Position numbers and translations under genes: made by a program. Of a stretch of 64,000 nt of DNA, positions 8,740 through 19,056 are shown one piece after another (position 1 is the first letter of the stretch; each line of letters opens with the position of its first letter). This DNA is from Myxococcales bacterium. GTDB taxonomy: Bacteria > Lernaellota > Lernaellaia > Lernaellales > Lernaellaceae. Under the pieces are notes generated by a model. The model was not told the DNA's origin, searched no databases, and saw only the letters and a program-made list of their open reading frames with translations. The DNA lies in contig JAAYVF010000093.1 of NCBI GenBank assembly GCA_012517325.1, positions 39,707 to 103,706 on the forward strand, in the 5' to 3' direction.

Positions 8740-9378
8740 ATGAAGATCTTTATCGACTCCGCCAACGTCAACGAAATCAAGGACGCCGTGGCCCTGGGCT
8801 TGTGCGACGGCGTAACGACCAATCCGTCGCTGATCGCCAAGACCGGCAAGCCGAACGCGCAGGTCATCGCGGAAATCTGCCGGGTCACCAAGGCGCCGGT
8901 GAACGCGGAAACCGTCGGTATTTCCTATGACGAGATCGTCAAGGAAGGCGAAGAGCTGGCGCGCCTTGCGCCGAACGTCGTCATTAAAATCCCGCTCTGC
9001 AAGGACGGCCTGCGCGCGGTGCGCTATTTCGCCGACCGCCAGGTGCCGACCACGGTCACGCTGGTCTTCAACGCCAATCAGGCCTTGCTGGCCGCCAAGG
9101 CGGGCGCCGCGTACATCGCCCCGTTCGTCGGCCGGTTGGACGACGTCAGCGTCGAGGGCCTGGAGATGATCGAGGAGATCGTCGACATCTACGAATGGTA
9201 CGAATTCGCCACCGAAATCGTCGTCGCCTCGGTGCGCCATCCGCTGCACGTCAAACAGGCCGCGCTCGCCGGCGCCCATGCGGTGACGATACCCTTCAAC
9301 CTGGTCGAAAAAATGATCGCCCATCCGTTGACCGACATCGGCATCGAGAAATTCCTGGCCGACGCGGGGCGCAAGTAG
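8740..9378 (+). CDS. tal: Short-form transaldolase / fructose-6-phosphate aldolase family (TalC/FsaA-like)
   Basis: MKIFIDSANVNEIK...GVTTNPSLI...IKIP; about 212 aa, typical of the short transaldolase subfamily. Confidence 0.8.
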   Translation: MKIFIDSANVNEIKDAVALGLCDGVTTNPSLIAKTGKPNAQVIAEICRVTKAPVNAETVGISYDEIVKEGEELARLAPNVVIKIPLCKDGLRAVRYFADRQVPTTVTLVFNANQALLAAKAGAAYIAPFVGRLDDVSVEGLEMIEEIVDIYEWYEFATEIVVASVRHPLHVKQAALAGAHAVTIPFNLVEKMIAHPLTDIGIEKFLADAGRK

Positions 9379-9383
9379 CGGTC

Positions 9384-10139
9384 ATGAAGATTTCCGTTAC
9401 CGTCATCACCCGCGACGAGGAACGGAATATCGCCCGTTGTCTGGCCAGCGTGCCGTTCGCCGATGAAATCGTCGTGGTCGACAGCGGCAGCACTGATCAG
9501 ACCGTGGAGATCGCGCGGCAATTCACCGACCGCGTCGTGACGCACGAATGGGAAGGCCATGTGCGGCAGAAACAGTACGCGGTCGACCTCGCCGCGCACG
9601 ACTGGATTCTCAGTCTCGATGCCGACGAGGTCGTCAGCGAACCGCTGCGGCACCTCATCGAGGATTGGAAAACGCGCGAACCCGCCGCCGACGCCTATCT
9701 CGTCAACCGGCGGACGTTTTACCTCGGCAAATGGATCAATCACTCCGGTTGGTACCCGGATGCGCGGATTCGGCTCTTCGACCGCCGCCGGTCGCGCTGG
9801 GGCGGTTACGATCCGCACGACGAGGTGATTTGCGCGGGCCGGACCGGCGTACTAGCCGGCGACTTGTTGCATTACAGCTACCGCGATCTGTCGCACCATT
9901 TGCAGCAAATCGACAAATACACCTCCATCATGGCGGAACAATTCTGGGCCAAGGGCCGGCGGGCGTCGCTGCCGGATCTCTTGTTCCGGCCGCCGTTCGC
10001 CTTTTTGAAAAAATACGTGGCGCAGGGCGGTTTTTTGGACGGTCGTCACGGTTTGCTGGTCTGCATCCTGACTGCCTATTACGTCTTCTGTAAATACGCC
10101 AAGCTCTGGGAACGGTCGCTGGTGGAGCGGCGGCTGTGA
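9384..10139 (+). CDS. Family 2 glycosyltransferase (LPS core GT, WaaE/KdtX-like)
   Basis: ISVTVITRDEERNIARCL...VVVDSGSTDQT...LSLDADE (GT-A DxD) motif. The internal ATG at 9384 was used; the track ORF began upstream at 9195. Confidence 0.75.
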   Translation: MKISVTVITRDEERNIARCLASVPFADEIVVVDSGSTDQTVEIARQFTDRVVTHEWEGHVRQKQYAVDLAAHDWILSLDADEVVSEPLRHLIEDWKTREPAADAYLVNRRTFYLGKWINHSGWYPDARIRLFDRRRSRWGGYDPHDEVICAGRTGVLAGDLLHYSYRDLSHHLQQIDKYTSIMAEQFWAKGRRASLPDLLFRPPFAFLKKYVAQGGFLDGRHGLLVCILTAYYVFCKYAKLWERSLVERRL

Positions 10140-11170
10140 ACCGCCTGCTGATCGTGCAAACGGCCTTTCTGGGCGACGTCGTGTTGTCCCAACCCCTCTG
10201 GGCGGCGGCAAAACGATGCTGGCCGAACGCCGATATCGACGTCCTGGTGCAGCCGCAATGGGCGCCGCTGCTCGCGGCCGATCCGGCGCTGCACGAAGTG
10301 CTGGTTTTCGACAAGCGACGCCTCGATCGCGGTTTGACCGGCCTCTGGCGGCTGGCGTCGCGTTTGCGCCGCCGCCGTTATGACGCGGCGATTTGTCCCC
10401 ATCCGAGTTTTCGCAGCGCCTTGTTGCTGGCGCTGGCCCAAATTCCGGTCCGTGTCGGTTTTCGCGATTCGGCCGGACGCTGGTTGCATACGCATCGTCT
10501 GCCGCGCGACACCGGTCGCCCGGAGCCGGACCGCGCCTTGTCGCTGCTGGCCGCCTGGGGAAAAAACGTCGCGACTTTCGTGGCCGCGCCAAGACTGGCG
10601 CTGCATCCGCAGGCGATCGCGCAAGCGGACGAATGGCGGGAGGAGTGGGGGTTGCCGGTCGATCGGCCGTACGTCTGCGTGCATCCGGGTTCGGTTTGGG
10701 CCACCAAACGCTGGCTGCCGGAAGGTTTCGCGGCGGTCCTATCCGACCTGGCCGACGACGGCTACGTTCCCGTCATCCTCGGCGGCGCCGACGACATCAT
10801 TTTGGCCAACCTGGTGCAGGATCGCCTGCGGACCTTGCCGATCAATCTGGCCGGGCGTCTGTCGTTGCCCGAATTATCGCTGGTGTTGGCACGGGCCGCG
10901 CTGCTGATCACCAACGATTCGGGCCCAATGCATATGGCCGGCGCTTTGGGAACATCGGTGGTCGCCGTCTTCGGCAGCACGACGCCGGCGCTGGGTTACG
11001 CGCCGGTCGGTTCGCCCAATCGGGTGGTGGAAATCGAAATGCCTTGCCGGCCGTGCGGTCCGCACGGTTTTCAAAAATGTCCACTCGGCCATTTTCATTG
11101 CATGAAACAGATCGCCCCGGCGGACGTGACCGCCGCTTGCCGCGAATTGCTGACCGCATCCCGCCCTTAA
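10136..11170 (+). CDS. ADP-heptose:LPS heptosyltransferase (GT9 family)
   Basis: GT9 signature (RLLIVQTAFLGDVVLSQPL...TNDSGPMHMAGALG). GTG start overlapping the GT2 stop. Confidence 0.8.
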   Translation: MNRLLIVQTAFLGDVVLSQPLWAAAKRCWPNADIDVLVQPQWAPLLAADPALHEVLVFDKRRLDRGLTGLWRLASRLRRRRYDAAICPHPSFRSALLLALAQIPVRVGFRDSAGRWLHTHRLPRDTGRPEPDRALSLLAAWGKNVATFVAAPRLALHPQAIAQADEWREEWGLPVDRPYVCVHPGSVWATKRWLPEGFAAVLSDLADDGYVPVILGGADDIILANLVQDRLRTLPINLAGRLSLPELSLVLARAALLITNDSGPMHMAGALGTSVVAVFGSTTPALGYAPVGSPNRVVEIEMPCRPCGPHGFQKCPLGHFHCMKQIAPADVTAACRELLTASRP

Positions 11171-11228
11171 TGTGGCGGCGGAGCCCAAACGGGCTCCGCA
11201 CGATGGGGGAGGACTACTCGGGGGACTG

Positions 11229-12200
11229 CTAAAAGATGTCGGCTTCGACAACCAATTTGGCATGCAACCGCAGATTGCGGCATTTGACGCTAAAGGGATC
11301 CTCGCTGAGAACCACGAAATCCTGAACCAGTTTTTGCCCTTCGATCATCGATTCGAAAGCGTTTTTAATCATGTGGCCGCCGCCTTCGACTTCGATTTCG
11401 TAGCCGGCCAGGGTTTCGCCCGGGGCCAAGAAAGCCCGCGCCAAAAGGGTATCTTCAAGCGGGGCTTCCGGGTCGATCGTCAGGTAGATTTTCACTTCGG
11501 CCACGTTCGCGCCGTAATTGGTGATGCTGCCTTCCAACTTCGCGTCGTAAACTCGCTTGACGTTCTTTTTGAAACTCGGCAGCGATCCCGGCGACATCAG
11601 ATCCGAATCCCAGAGAACGGGCTGGGCGGAAAGCTGAACGAAATCCGCGGTCACGCCCTGGGAATTGGAACCCTGTACCTGGATGATCGGGCTGAGCTCG
11701 TAGTCGTCGCCAAGGGCCAGAAAGATGGCTTTCAGGTTCTCGTGAATGGTATCGGCGCCTTCATCCATATCGCCGGGATTGACGACTTCCCGTTTTTCAA
11801 AGGGGGCGAGGGTGATATTGCCGATCGGCATTGGTTCGCCGATGCCCTCGGCGTTCGGGATCGCATACAGGGTGACGAACGCCGCCAGTTTGCTGTTGTT
11901 TTCCACGTAGGCTTTGACGAAGAAACGCACCTCAGCCATTCCCAGACGGGTGACCTCGATGCGATCCGCCAGTTTTTCAACCTTGGCGACACCCGCCGGA
12001 ATCGCCTGACCGCCGGCGACGTTGACACCTTCGACCACGGTCACCGACTGAATGTCGCGTTCACTGGTGGTATTGGAAATAGTTCGGGAAACCGATACGG
12101 TTTGTTGTGTCGCTTCCTGAATCATGTCTTCGATGGAATTGCAGCCGGTCAGTCCCAAAAATGCGATCAATATCAATACGGCCCAGAAATTGCGATTCAT
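11229..12200 (-). CDS. Lipoprotein of unknown function
   Basis: Signal peptide with lipobox LGLTGC. GC content is clearly lower than the flanking genes. No recognisable catalytic motifs. Confidence 0.6.
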   Translation of the reverse strand: MNRNFWAVLILIAFLGLTGCNSIEDMIQEATQQTVSVSRTISNTTSERDIQSVTVVEGVNVAGGQAIPAGVAKVEKLADRIEVTRLGMAEVRFFVKAYVENNSKLAAFVTLYAIPNAEGIGEPMPIGNITLAPFEKREVVNPGDMDEGADTIHENLKAIFLALGDDYELSPIIQVQGSNSQGVTADFVQLSAQPVLWDSDLMSPGSLPSFKKNVKRVYDAKLEGSITNYGANVAEVKIYLTIDPEAPLEDTLLARAFLAPGETLAGYEIEVEGGGHMIKNAFESMIEGQKLVQDFVVLSEDPFSVKCRNLRLHAKLVVEADIF

Positions 12201-12737
12201 AACCTTTCCTCCCTTTCACCGCACTTTCGAAAGTGCCGGCGGGACGATGGTCTGAAACGTGATTTCCAGGCCGTATGCCCCGTCGCCTTCGGTAGCCGAG
12301 CTATCTTCCAAGCGGAAGACCCCAAGCTTTGCGTCCCCACCTCGCGATGGGTTTGCCCTTTCGAGCGTCGGTATTGGTTGAATTCAAAAGATCGAAGCGT
12401 TTATTTCTACTATTTTTATCGGCGTTACCCATTCCAAACTTGAAAACATTTTTTCGTGAGCCGCATTTTCCCCAACTTCACGTTAAATTAATATTTTTCA
12501 ATGGGTTCAAAATGATTTGACTTTTAATCAAAGCCCTCTCATATTATGCCATGACGTGGTGAGGTCTGGGGAGGCCAAACCGCTTCGATTGAAGCGAAAG
12601 CGTGGTTTTTCTTATGTTACCAAAGTCTACTTGTGCGTATAACGCAAGCAGATTACACTATTATTGTATCCAAGCTCTTGCCGGGCATTTTAACCAATCC
12701 CATTCAACACCTTTCCAAACATTCAGTGAGGTGTGTA

Positions 12738-13799
12738 ATGAAAACTAACAAAATAGTTCTCATTCTTCTGCTGGCCATGGCTTTATTTGCTATCGGCTGC
12801 GGCGCCGAATCCGACAATTCGTCTTCGTCTCGCCCGGCGGCTGACGACAATGCCGACGCCGACGATGACAACGGCGATAATTTCAATCCGCCATCCGGGG
12901 ATGACGACGGAGAAAATCACCACTCCTATCAAGATTTCAATACGATTTTCTCCGACGCAGGCCCGATTGATGCCTGTATGACCGATGACGGTTCGATCTG
13001 GGTGGCGTATGTGGATCCGCCCGATGCGGTAAATCGCGATCACAACGCGTTGGTGCGGTACAATGCGCTTCACCAGGTCGATTGGGTCTATTCGGGGCCG
13101 GTATCTTTTCCCCATACGTTGGATTGCAAAGGCAATTTGGTTTTGATGTCCGATTGCTTCGACTACAGCGTGACACTGCTGGATTCGATCACGTTGGAAG
13201 CCACCCGAATCGATTTCTCCGATTGGTACGAGTTCGTGGTGCCCAACGCCGCCCAGTTGACTCCCGATGGCAACATCCTGGTCTCCGACCTGAATAACAA
13301 CACGATCATCAAAATCACCATGGAAGGTGAAAAGCTTTGGGAGTACATGGTCATCGATGAAGCGCCCGGCTCTTTTTCCTTGCACGGCCCGATCGAAGCA
13401 GCCGATGGCCATCTGCTTTATTGCCTGTCGGATCGTGGTAAAGTGGTGGAGGTCGATCAAGAAGGGAACGAAGTCTGGTCGTACGATTCCGGTTTGAATT
13501 TCCCGAAAAGCGTGCAACGGCTGGACAATGGCGATACCCTGATCGGCGACCACGAACGGATTATCGAAGTAAACCAGGCGAAACAAATCGTTTGGGAATT
13601 CGACCTGAAAGAGGTCAAGGGATTCAACGTTGAACGTTTGCCAGACGGCAATACGCTCAACGGCACCTCGCAGGTTTTAATGATCGCGCCTGACGGCACG
13701 ATTTTGTGGACCCTTGGTGCCTACTCCAACATACTGGATGAAAGCATCATCCAACAGAATAAACGCCTGCAGATGCTGCGCAGCATCGGCTATCTGTAA
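12738..13799 (+). CDS. Lipoprotein with an acidic D/N-rich linker and a predicted beta-propeller repeat body
   Basis: MKTNKIVLILLLAMALFAIGC lipobox, then SDNSSSSRPAADDNADADDDNGDN, then repeated about 40-aa units containing Dxxxxx(W/V)xY. Lower GC (about 50%). Confidence 0.6.
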   Translation: MKTNKIVLILLLAMALFAIGCGAESDNSSSSRPAADDNADADDDNGDNFNPPSGDDDGENHHSYQDFNTIFSDAGPIDACMTDDGSIWVAYVDPPDAVNRDHNALVRYNALHQVDWVYSGPVSFPHTLDCKGNLVLMSDCFDYSVTLLDSITLEATRIDFSDWYEFVVPNAAQLTPDGNILVSDLNNNTIIKITMEGEKLWEYMVIDEAPGSFSLHGPIEAADGHLLYCLSDRGKVVEVDQEGNEVWSYDSGLNFPKSVQRLDNGDTLIGDHERIIEVNQAKQIVWEFDLKEVKGFNVERLPDGNTLNGTSQVLMIAPDGTILWTLGAYSNILDESIIQQNKRLQMLRSIGYL

Positions 13800-13822
13800 T
13801 CCGCGAATCATCGATCCATCGA

Positions 13823-13851
13823 GCCCCGACTCAAGAGAGTCGGGGCTTTTT
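13823..13851 (+). terminator. Rho-independent terminator
   Basis: Perfect 10-bp stem GCCCCGACTC-aaga-GAGTCGGGGC followed by TTTTT. Confidence 0.85.
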
Positions 13852-14039
13852 ACTTTCCGGAGTAAAGGTTTGATCGCCTCGCCCCGTCGGGCCCACGAAA
13901 TTTTCGCTCGCTAGCAGAAAAGTAATCCGCGCTTCATCTTTCCCAAATGCGCGCCTCGCATGATCGCGGCGGAAAACGCGGCATCGGTTGAGTCACGAAC
14001 AAAAACCGGAGTCGCCCCAACCGTTCAGCGAGGCGGTCG

Positions 14040-16349
14040 ATGAAACGACGAATCACTTCTATCGTCATTTTTTGGATCCTGGCCGGTTTGTTCGCGGCCT
14101 GTCAACGGACCGATGCGGATCATCCGTGGGATCGAAACAGTTACGGCAATCGCCAGGCTCCCGCGAAGCAGGTGCTGACGATCACCGGCGCGGACGCGGA
14201 TTACGGCGATATTCCGCTTCGTTTCACGCTCGATCTCCCGTCCGGCGAAACGCGCGCCATACAGGCGTGGTACACAGGCGCCTGTGGTCGCGGCAAACGG
14301 CAGACGGCCGTGTTCGGTGGAGAACACGAGAACCTGGCCGCCGGCGAGCATACGATCACCTGGTGGAGTTGGGACCAGGAGGCGGGATGCCGCGGTGAAG
14401 TGACGATCCGGCTCGCAACCGATCAAGGCGAATCGGCGGAAACGTCATTTACGTTGGACAATACCCGCGATGGCCTGACCGGCTTTCAGGATTATCCCCA
14501 GTACGACCAGGGAATCAACGACGACGAGGAAGCCGCATTGAATCGGGCGTTGCCGGCGTTGCTTGCCGATCCGACCGTCGATTTCGTGGCTTTTCGTGTC
14601 GGCGATGAATACGAGGTTTACGCCGAACGCGGTTGGGTCGTGTTCACCCGCGAGGCCACGCGTGACGGCTATGAATATGTCGAGGAATCCGTCGAGGGCG
14701 AAAATCCGCTGGCCAGGCAGGACCCGATGTGGATCCCGACGTATGAAGAAGAACTGGCCGCCGGGTCCAATCCGAACGACATTAAATTAAAAAAGGAAGG
14801 ATACCCGAAAGGCGATCCGCGGCTGTCGTTCATCGAGCCGGAAGCCGATTCCTATCCCTACGCCTACGAACGGATCGCCGCCTATTTCGATCACCCGGAC
14901 AGCGCCGATCTGCTGATCAATTGGAAATCCTATGCGCATGCCGACGCGGATTTGGGCGAGCACGGCAGCCTGAACATCGTGCAAAGCCGTTCGCCGCTTG
15001 TTTTCTGGGGCAAGGGCATTTCGCCGGGGATGTTCGAAGATCCGGTCCGCCACGTGGACATCGCGCCGACGGTCGCCCGGTTGTTGGGTTTGCCGACCAC
15101 ATTCGGCATCGACGAACGAGGCGTCTGGAGCCATCGGGTTTATCTGACCCAACAAGACGGTCATTCGATCGACAGCGTGCTGGACGGCACGACCGCCGAG
15201 CACGTGATCATCTTGGTGCTCGACGGACTGGCGCACACCGAACTGATGCGCCGCTTGCAGGAAAACGGAGCCGACCTGCCCAATTTTATGCGGCTGGTGG
15301 AAGAGGGGGCCGTGGCCCGTTACGGCAGCATCACCAACTGGCCGAGCGTCACGTATCCGAGTCACAACGTTATCGGGTCGGGCGTTTACAGCGGACATCA
15401 TGGGCTCGTCGATAATACCTTCTATCTGCGCCGGAAAATGAAACGCGCCTCGCCGATCGACCAGATGTTGATGACCGAGCATTTCTGGAATCCGGTGGCC
15501 GCGGCCGAGACCTTGCACATGGCCGTTCACCGCAACCTCGGCGATTGGTCGCCGTTCTTCAAGACCGGGGCGATCACCGCGTCGTTGATGGATCCGAGCG
15601 TCGCCGGCGCCGACAAGACCGACCTTGAATTTCGCGATCAGACCCATCAGGTGCCGTTTCCGCCGTTCGGCCTGAAGTTCCCGCCGGGCATGCCGTTTCC
15701 CGTGCCGTCACTGACGACCCCATGGGATATTTACTTCGCGCAGTACACCGAGATGGCCGCGCTCTGGCAGTTCTTTTACCTGTACGAAAACGGGGTCACG
15801 CCGTCGCCGACCTACCTGATCATGAACTTCTCGACGACCGACAGCGCCGGCCACGTCATCGGCCCGCACGGCGACGACATGCTGCCGGTGCTCGAACACA
15901 TCGACCAGGATCTCGGCGCGCTGTTCGCCTGGCTCGAATGGTGGGGCCTGGCCGACAAAACGGCGCTGGTGCTCACTTCGGACCATGGCATGCAGTTGGG
16001 CGACCCGAGCCGCTCGGGCTGGCCGCTCGATTCGTTGAACGCGGTCGAGGTACGGCCCATCGCCGATACCTGGTTGGGCGTATACCTGGCGATTCCGCGC
16101 CTTGAATTCGACGTACCGGCGCTGACGCCGAACGAATACCAGCTTTTCCACGTCCGGGTTTCGGATGTCGACACCGACGCGCCGGCGGCGAATGTCGAGG
16201 TGACGGCGCGCGACGGGATGAACGATCTTCAAGCCCTCACCGGCGAAGACGGCATCGCGGAATTCGGCCTCGCCCCGGTCGCCGACGTGAAAATCACCGT
16301 GCGGTCCGAGTCGATGACCCGTTCGACCGCGGTTCTTCCCCTGCAATAA
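14040..16349 (+). CDS. Lipoprotein with a type I phosphodiesterase / nucleotide pyrophosphatase (alkaline-phosphatase superfamily) domain and a C-terminal carboxypeptidase-regulatory-like beta-sandwich
   Basis: Lipobox LAGLFAAC. Central region VIILVLDGL...NWPSVTYPSHNVIGSGVYSGHHG...STTDSAGHVIGPHGDD...LVLTSDHGM matches NPP/Phosphodiest-family metal-ligand motifs. Confidence 0.6.
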   Translation: MKRRITSIVIFWILAGLFAACQRTDADHPWDRNSYGNRQAPAKQVLTITGADADYGDIPLRFTLDLPSGETRAIQAWYTGACGRGKRQTAVFGGEHENLAAGEHTITWWSWDQEAGCRGEVTIRLATDQGESAETSFTLDNTRDGLTGFQDYPQYDQGINDDEEAALNRALPALLADPTVDFVAFRVGDEYEVYAERGWVVFTREATRDGYEYVEESVEGENPLARQDPMWIPTYEEELAAGSNPNDIKLKKEGYPKGDPRLSFIEPEADSYPYAYERIAAYFDHPDSADLLINWKSYAHADADLGEHGSLNIVQSRSPLVFWGKGISPGMFEDPVRHVDIAPTVARLLGLPTTFGIDERGVWSHRVYLTQQDGHSIDSVLDGTTAEHVIILVLDGLAHTELMRRLQENGADLPNFMRLVEEGAVARYGSITNWPSVTYPSHNVIGSGVYSGHHGLVDNTFYLRRKMKRASPIDQMLMTEHFWNPVAAAETLHMAVHRNLGDWSPFFKTGAITASLMDPSVAGADKTDLEFRDQTHQVPFPPFGLKFPPGMPFPVPSLTTPWDIYFAQYTEMAALWQFFYLYENGVTPSPTYLIMNFSTTDSAGHVIGPHGDDMLPVLEHIDQDLGALFAWLEWWGLADKTALVLTSDHGMQLGDPSRSGWPLDSLNAVEVRPIADTWLGVYLAIPRLEFDVPALTPNEYQLFHVRVSDVDTDAPAANVEVTARDGMNDLQALTGEDGIAEFGLAPVADVKITVRSESMTRSTAVLPLQ

Positions 16350-16360
16350 GGAAGCGACGT

Positions 16361-19036
16361 ATGAAAGCGAGCGATTTTCGGTTGGCACTGATCTGTATCG
16401 TCTTGACGTGTTTCGCCGCCGCCGCGTGCCAGCGCGGTGATGAGGCCGAAAAGAAAACGACCGCCGATCCCTTCGGTTTGCCGATCAACCGGGTGATTAC
16501 GACCGAAGCCTTGACGGACGAGGTCGAGGTGTTGGTGGACAGCCACGGCGTGGCGCACGTGTACGCGCAAAATGACCATGATGCCTGGCTGTTGCAGGGA
16601 TACCTCACCGCGCAAGACCGCTTTTTCCAGATGGACCTGCTGCGCCGCCTCGGCACCGGCCGTGTAACCGAATTGCTCGGCGAATTTCCGCTCGTCGGTT
16701 CACTGCTGGCGAGTATCTATCTCGGCGATGTCGATCTGTACTTTCGGTCGGTATTTATGGATGAGAAAGGCCGGCCGGCGGTCGATCGCCTTCAGACGGC
16801 GCTTGACGAGTCCGCGCAAGCCGTTCTGCAGGCCTATGCCGAGGGGATCAACTCGTACCTTCATGACGTGGTGGCGGCGCGCAACGGCGCGTTCAAGCCG
16901 CCGGCATATTCCGGTCTGATCAATCCGGATGCGGCCCTGTTGGACGAATGGACGATCGCCGACACGTTGGCCGTTTTGTTGGTGGAACAATGGTCGAGCG
17001 CCAATTCGGTCGATCTCGAATTGCTGCTCGGACAAGCACTGGGTGAATGGGGCGCGGACAAGTTCGGCGAATTCTTCACGGCGGCAACCGCCGCGCCGGG
17101 CGCCGGTCAAGCCTCGACAAAACAGGACGAAGCGGGAGAGTCGCCGGATTACGAGAGCCTCGCCGGATTGTATCGGCCGGCGCGCAAGGCGCTCGCCAAG
17201 GCGATGGATGCCGGTTTGGCTGCAGTGAGCGGCCTGGCGCACCAAAACCGCGCCGCGAATCTCGTGGCGGTTGACGCAACGCGCGCGGCTGGTGGCCAGG
17301 CGATGCTGGCGGCCGATTTGGCGTTTCGCCCGTTGTCACCGGCGCCGTATCATTTGATTCACCTTGACAGCCGGACGGTCGGTGACGGTGAACTTTCGCT
17401 GGCCGGATTCGCGCTACCGGGTCTGCCGGGCGTGCAACTCGGCCACAACGACCGGCTGGGCTGGATCGGCGCAACCGCGCCCTACGACATCTCCGACACC
17501 TATCTGGAAATGCTGACCGAATCCGGGGATGAGGTTTTCCGAGGCGGGGAAACCGTTGCGTTGCGGACCATTGCCGAAAAATTCCGGCTGAACATGGGCG
17601 ACGATGCGCCGAGCAAAGAAAAAGAAATCCAGTTCGTGCCGGGGCACGGCCCGCTGGTTCCCGGCTCCTGTAAAAAGGGCTACTGCCTCGCGTTGCGCTG
17701 GACCGGCATGCAAAACGGCGATGACCTGAACGCGCTTATCGCGCTGCAGACTTCCGGTTCGCTCGATGAAGGGTTGGAAGAACTGGCCCGGGTTCGCCGG
17801 GGCGCCCGCCAATGGATGCTGGCCGACACGGACGGTCGCATCGCCCATCTCTCGGCGTCGCAAATTCCCCAACGCGATCATTGGCGAACAACGCCGCCGT
17901 GGCTGCCGTTGCCGGGAATGATCGCCGACAACGGTTGGAACGGCGAGGTGCCCTCGACCCGATTGACCCGGCAAACCGATCCCGACACGGGCCTGTTGAT
18001 CGCGGCCGACAACGACCTTTACGGTACCCTGCGCGACGGCGACGCGACGACCGGGGCCTATTATTTCGCGGCGCTGGCCGATCCCGGCTGGCGCGCCGCC
18101 CGCCTGCTGGAACTTGCCGATGATGCGGGCGACGAACTTACGCCGGAAACCTTGCAGGCGATGCTCGCCGACGATTACAGCCCGTTGGGCGAATTACTGA
18201 TTCCGCAACTGCTGGTCAGCGCGTCCCGGCGGCCCGACCTGCTCGGCGAAAACGCCCCCGAGGCCGTTTCGATCCTGGCGCATTGGGATGCGACGCTGCC
18301 GGCGGCGACACCGGATCGCTGGCGACCGGCGTTGGCGGCCGAATCCCGGCAAGAAGCCTCGCGCGGCGCGGCGCTGTTCGAGGTCTGGCTGCATCACCTG
18401 GTGGCGCGGACGTTCGCCGACGATTTTACGGCGGCCGATCTGGATCCGCCCGCCGATCTCTTTTTCGCCGGTCCGCAACTCGAAGCCCGCGTTTTGGCGG
18501 CGCTGTTCGCCCGCGCGGACGATCCGTTCGCCGCGCTCGACTGGTGGGACGATTTGGACACGCCGGCCGTCGAAAGCCGGGATGAAATTGTCCTGGGCGC
18601 CCTGGCGGATGCGATCGGCGAACTGACCGCCACGCGCGGCGCCGATCCCGCGCTCTGGTTCTGGGGCGATCTGCACGCCGTCGAAACGACGCTGGACTTC
18701 GAAGGCGCCGATCTGCTCGATTTCGTCGCGCCGACCGGCGGGCCCGCGAACGTTGACGGCGGTGATTTTGCAGTGCGTTTCGGCGAGACCAACTGCCTGG
18801 TCCGCGATTATTCCGTCGCGCGGCTCTCGTTGGCCCGGATTTTCATGACTCTGGACGGCGATCGCTTCGCGACGCGGGCCGTATTGGCCGGCGGGCAAAG
18901 CGAGCGATTCAACTCGCCGCATTTCGCCGACCAGTTCGCCCGCTGGGCGGCCGACGAAACCATCGATGTGCCCTTTGCCTTCGCGGACGTCACCGCCGCG
19001 GCGGTGCAACGAATTTTATTTACTCCCCGTCCGTAA
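16361..19036 (+). CDS. Penicillin amidase (penicillin/AHL acylase, S45 Ntn-hydrolase) family lipoprotein
   Basis: Lipobox FAAAAC. N-terminal signature VLVDSHGVAHVYAQNDHDAWLLQGYLTAQDRFFQMDLLRRLGTGRVTELLG closely matches the family's conserved alpha-subunit region; about 890 aa. Confidence 0.8.
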   Translation: MKASDFRLALICIVLTCFAAAACQRGDEAEKKTTADPFGLPINRVITTEALTDEVEVLVDSHGVAHVYAQNDHDAWLLQGYLTAQDRFFQMDLLRRLGTGRVTELLGEFPLVGSLLASIYLGDVDLYFRSVFMDEKGRPAVDRLQTALDESAQAVLQAYAEGINSYLHDVVAARNGAFKPPAYSGLINPDAALLDEWTIADTLAVLLVEQWSSANSVDLELLLGQALGEWGADKFGEFFTAATAAPGAGQASTKQDEAGESPDYESLAGLYRPARKALAKAMDAGLAAVSGLAHQNRAANLVAVDATRAAGGQAMLAADLAFRPLSPAPYHLIHLDSRTVGDGELSLAGFALPGLPGVQLGHNDRLGWIGATAPYDISDTYLEMLTESGDEVFRGGETVALRTIAEKFRLNMGDDAPSKEKEIQFVPGHGPLVPGSCKKGYCLALRWTGMQNGDDLNALIALQTSGSLDEGLEELARVRRGARQWMLADTDGRIAHLSASQIPQRDHWRTTPPWLPLPGMIADNGWNGEVPSTRLTRQTDPDTGLLIAADNDLYGTLRDGDATTGAYYFAALADPGWRAARLLELADDAGDELTPETLQAMLADDYSPLGELLIPQLLVSASRRPDLLGENAPEAVSILAHWDATLPAATPDRWRPALAAESRQEASRGAALFEVWLHHLVARTFADDFTAADLDPPADLFFAGPQLEARVLAALFARADDPFAALDWWDDLDTPAVESRDEIVLGALADAIGELTATRGADPALWFWGDLHAVETTLDFEGADLLDFVAPTGGPANVDGGDFAVRFGETNCLVRDYSVARLSLARIFMTLDGDRFATRAVLAGGQSERFNSPHFADQFARWAADETIDVPFAFADVTAAAVQRILFTPRP

Positions 19037-19056
19037 GCGAATGGAGGAATTTTCGC

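Noticed and set aside
11171-11228. GGAGCCC-aaac-GGGCTCC hairpin between the convergent GT9 and lipoprotein genes, considered as a bidirectional terminator.
   Set aside because: The stem is only 7 bp and neither side has a U/A-run, so I did not list it as a terminator. It may still be a weak transcriptional barrier.
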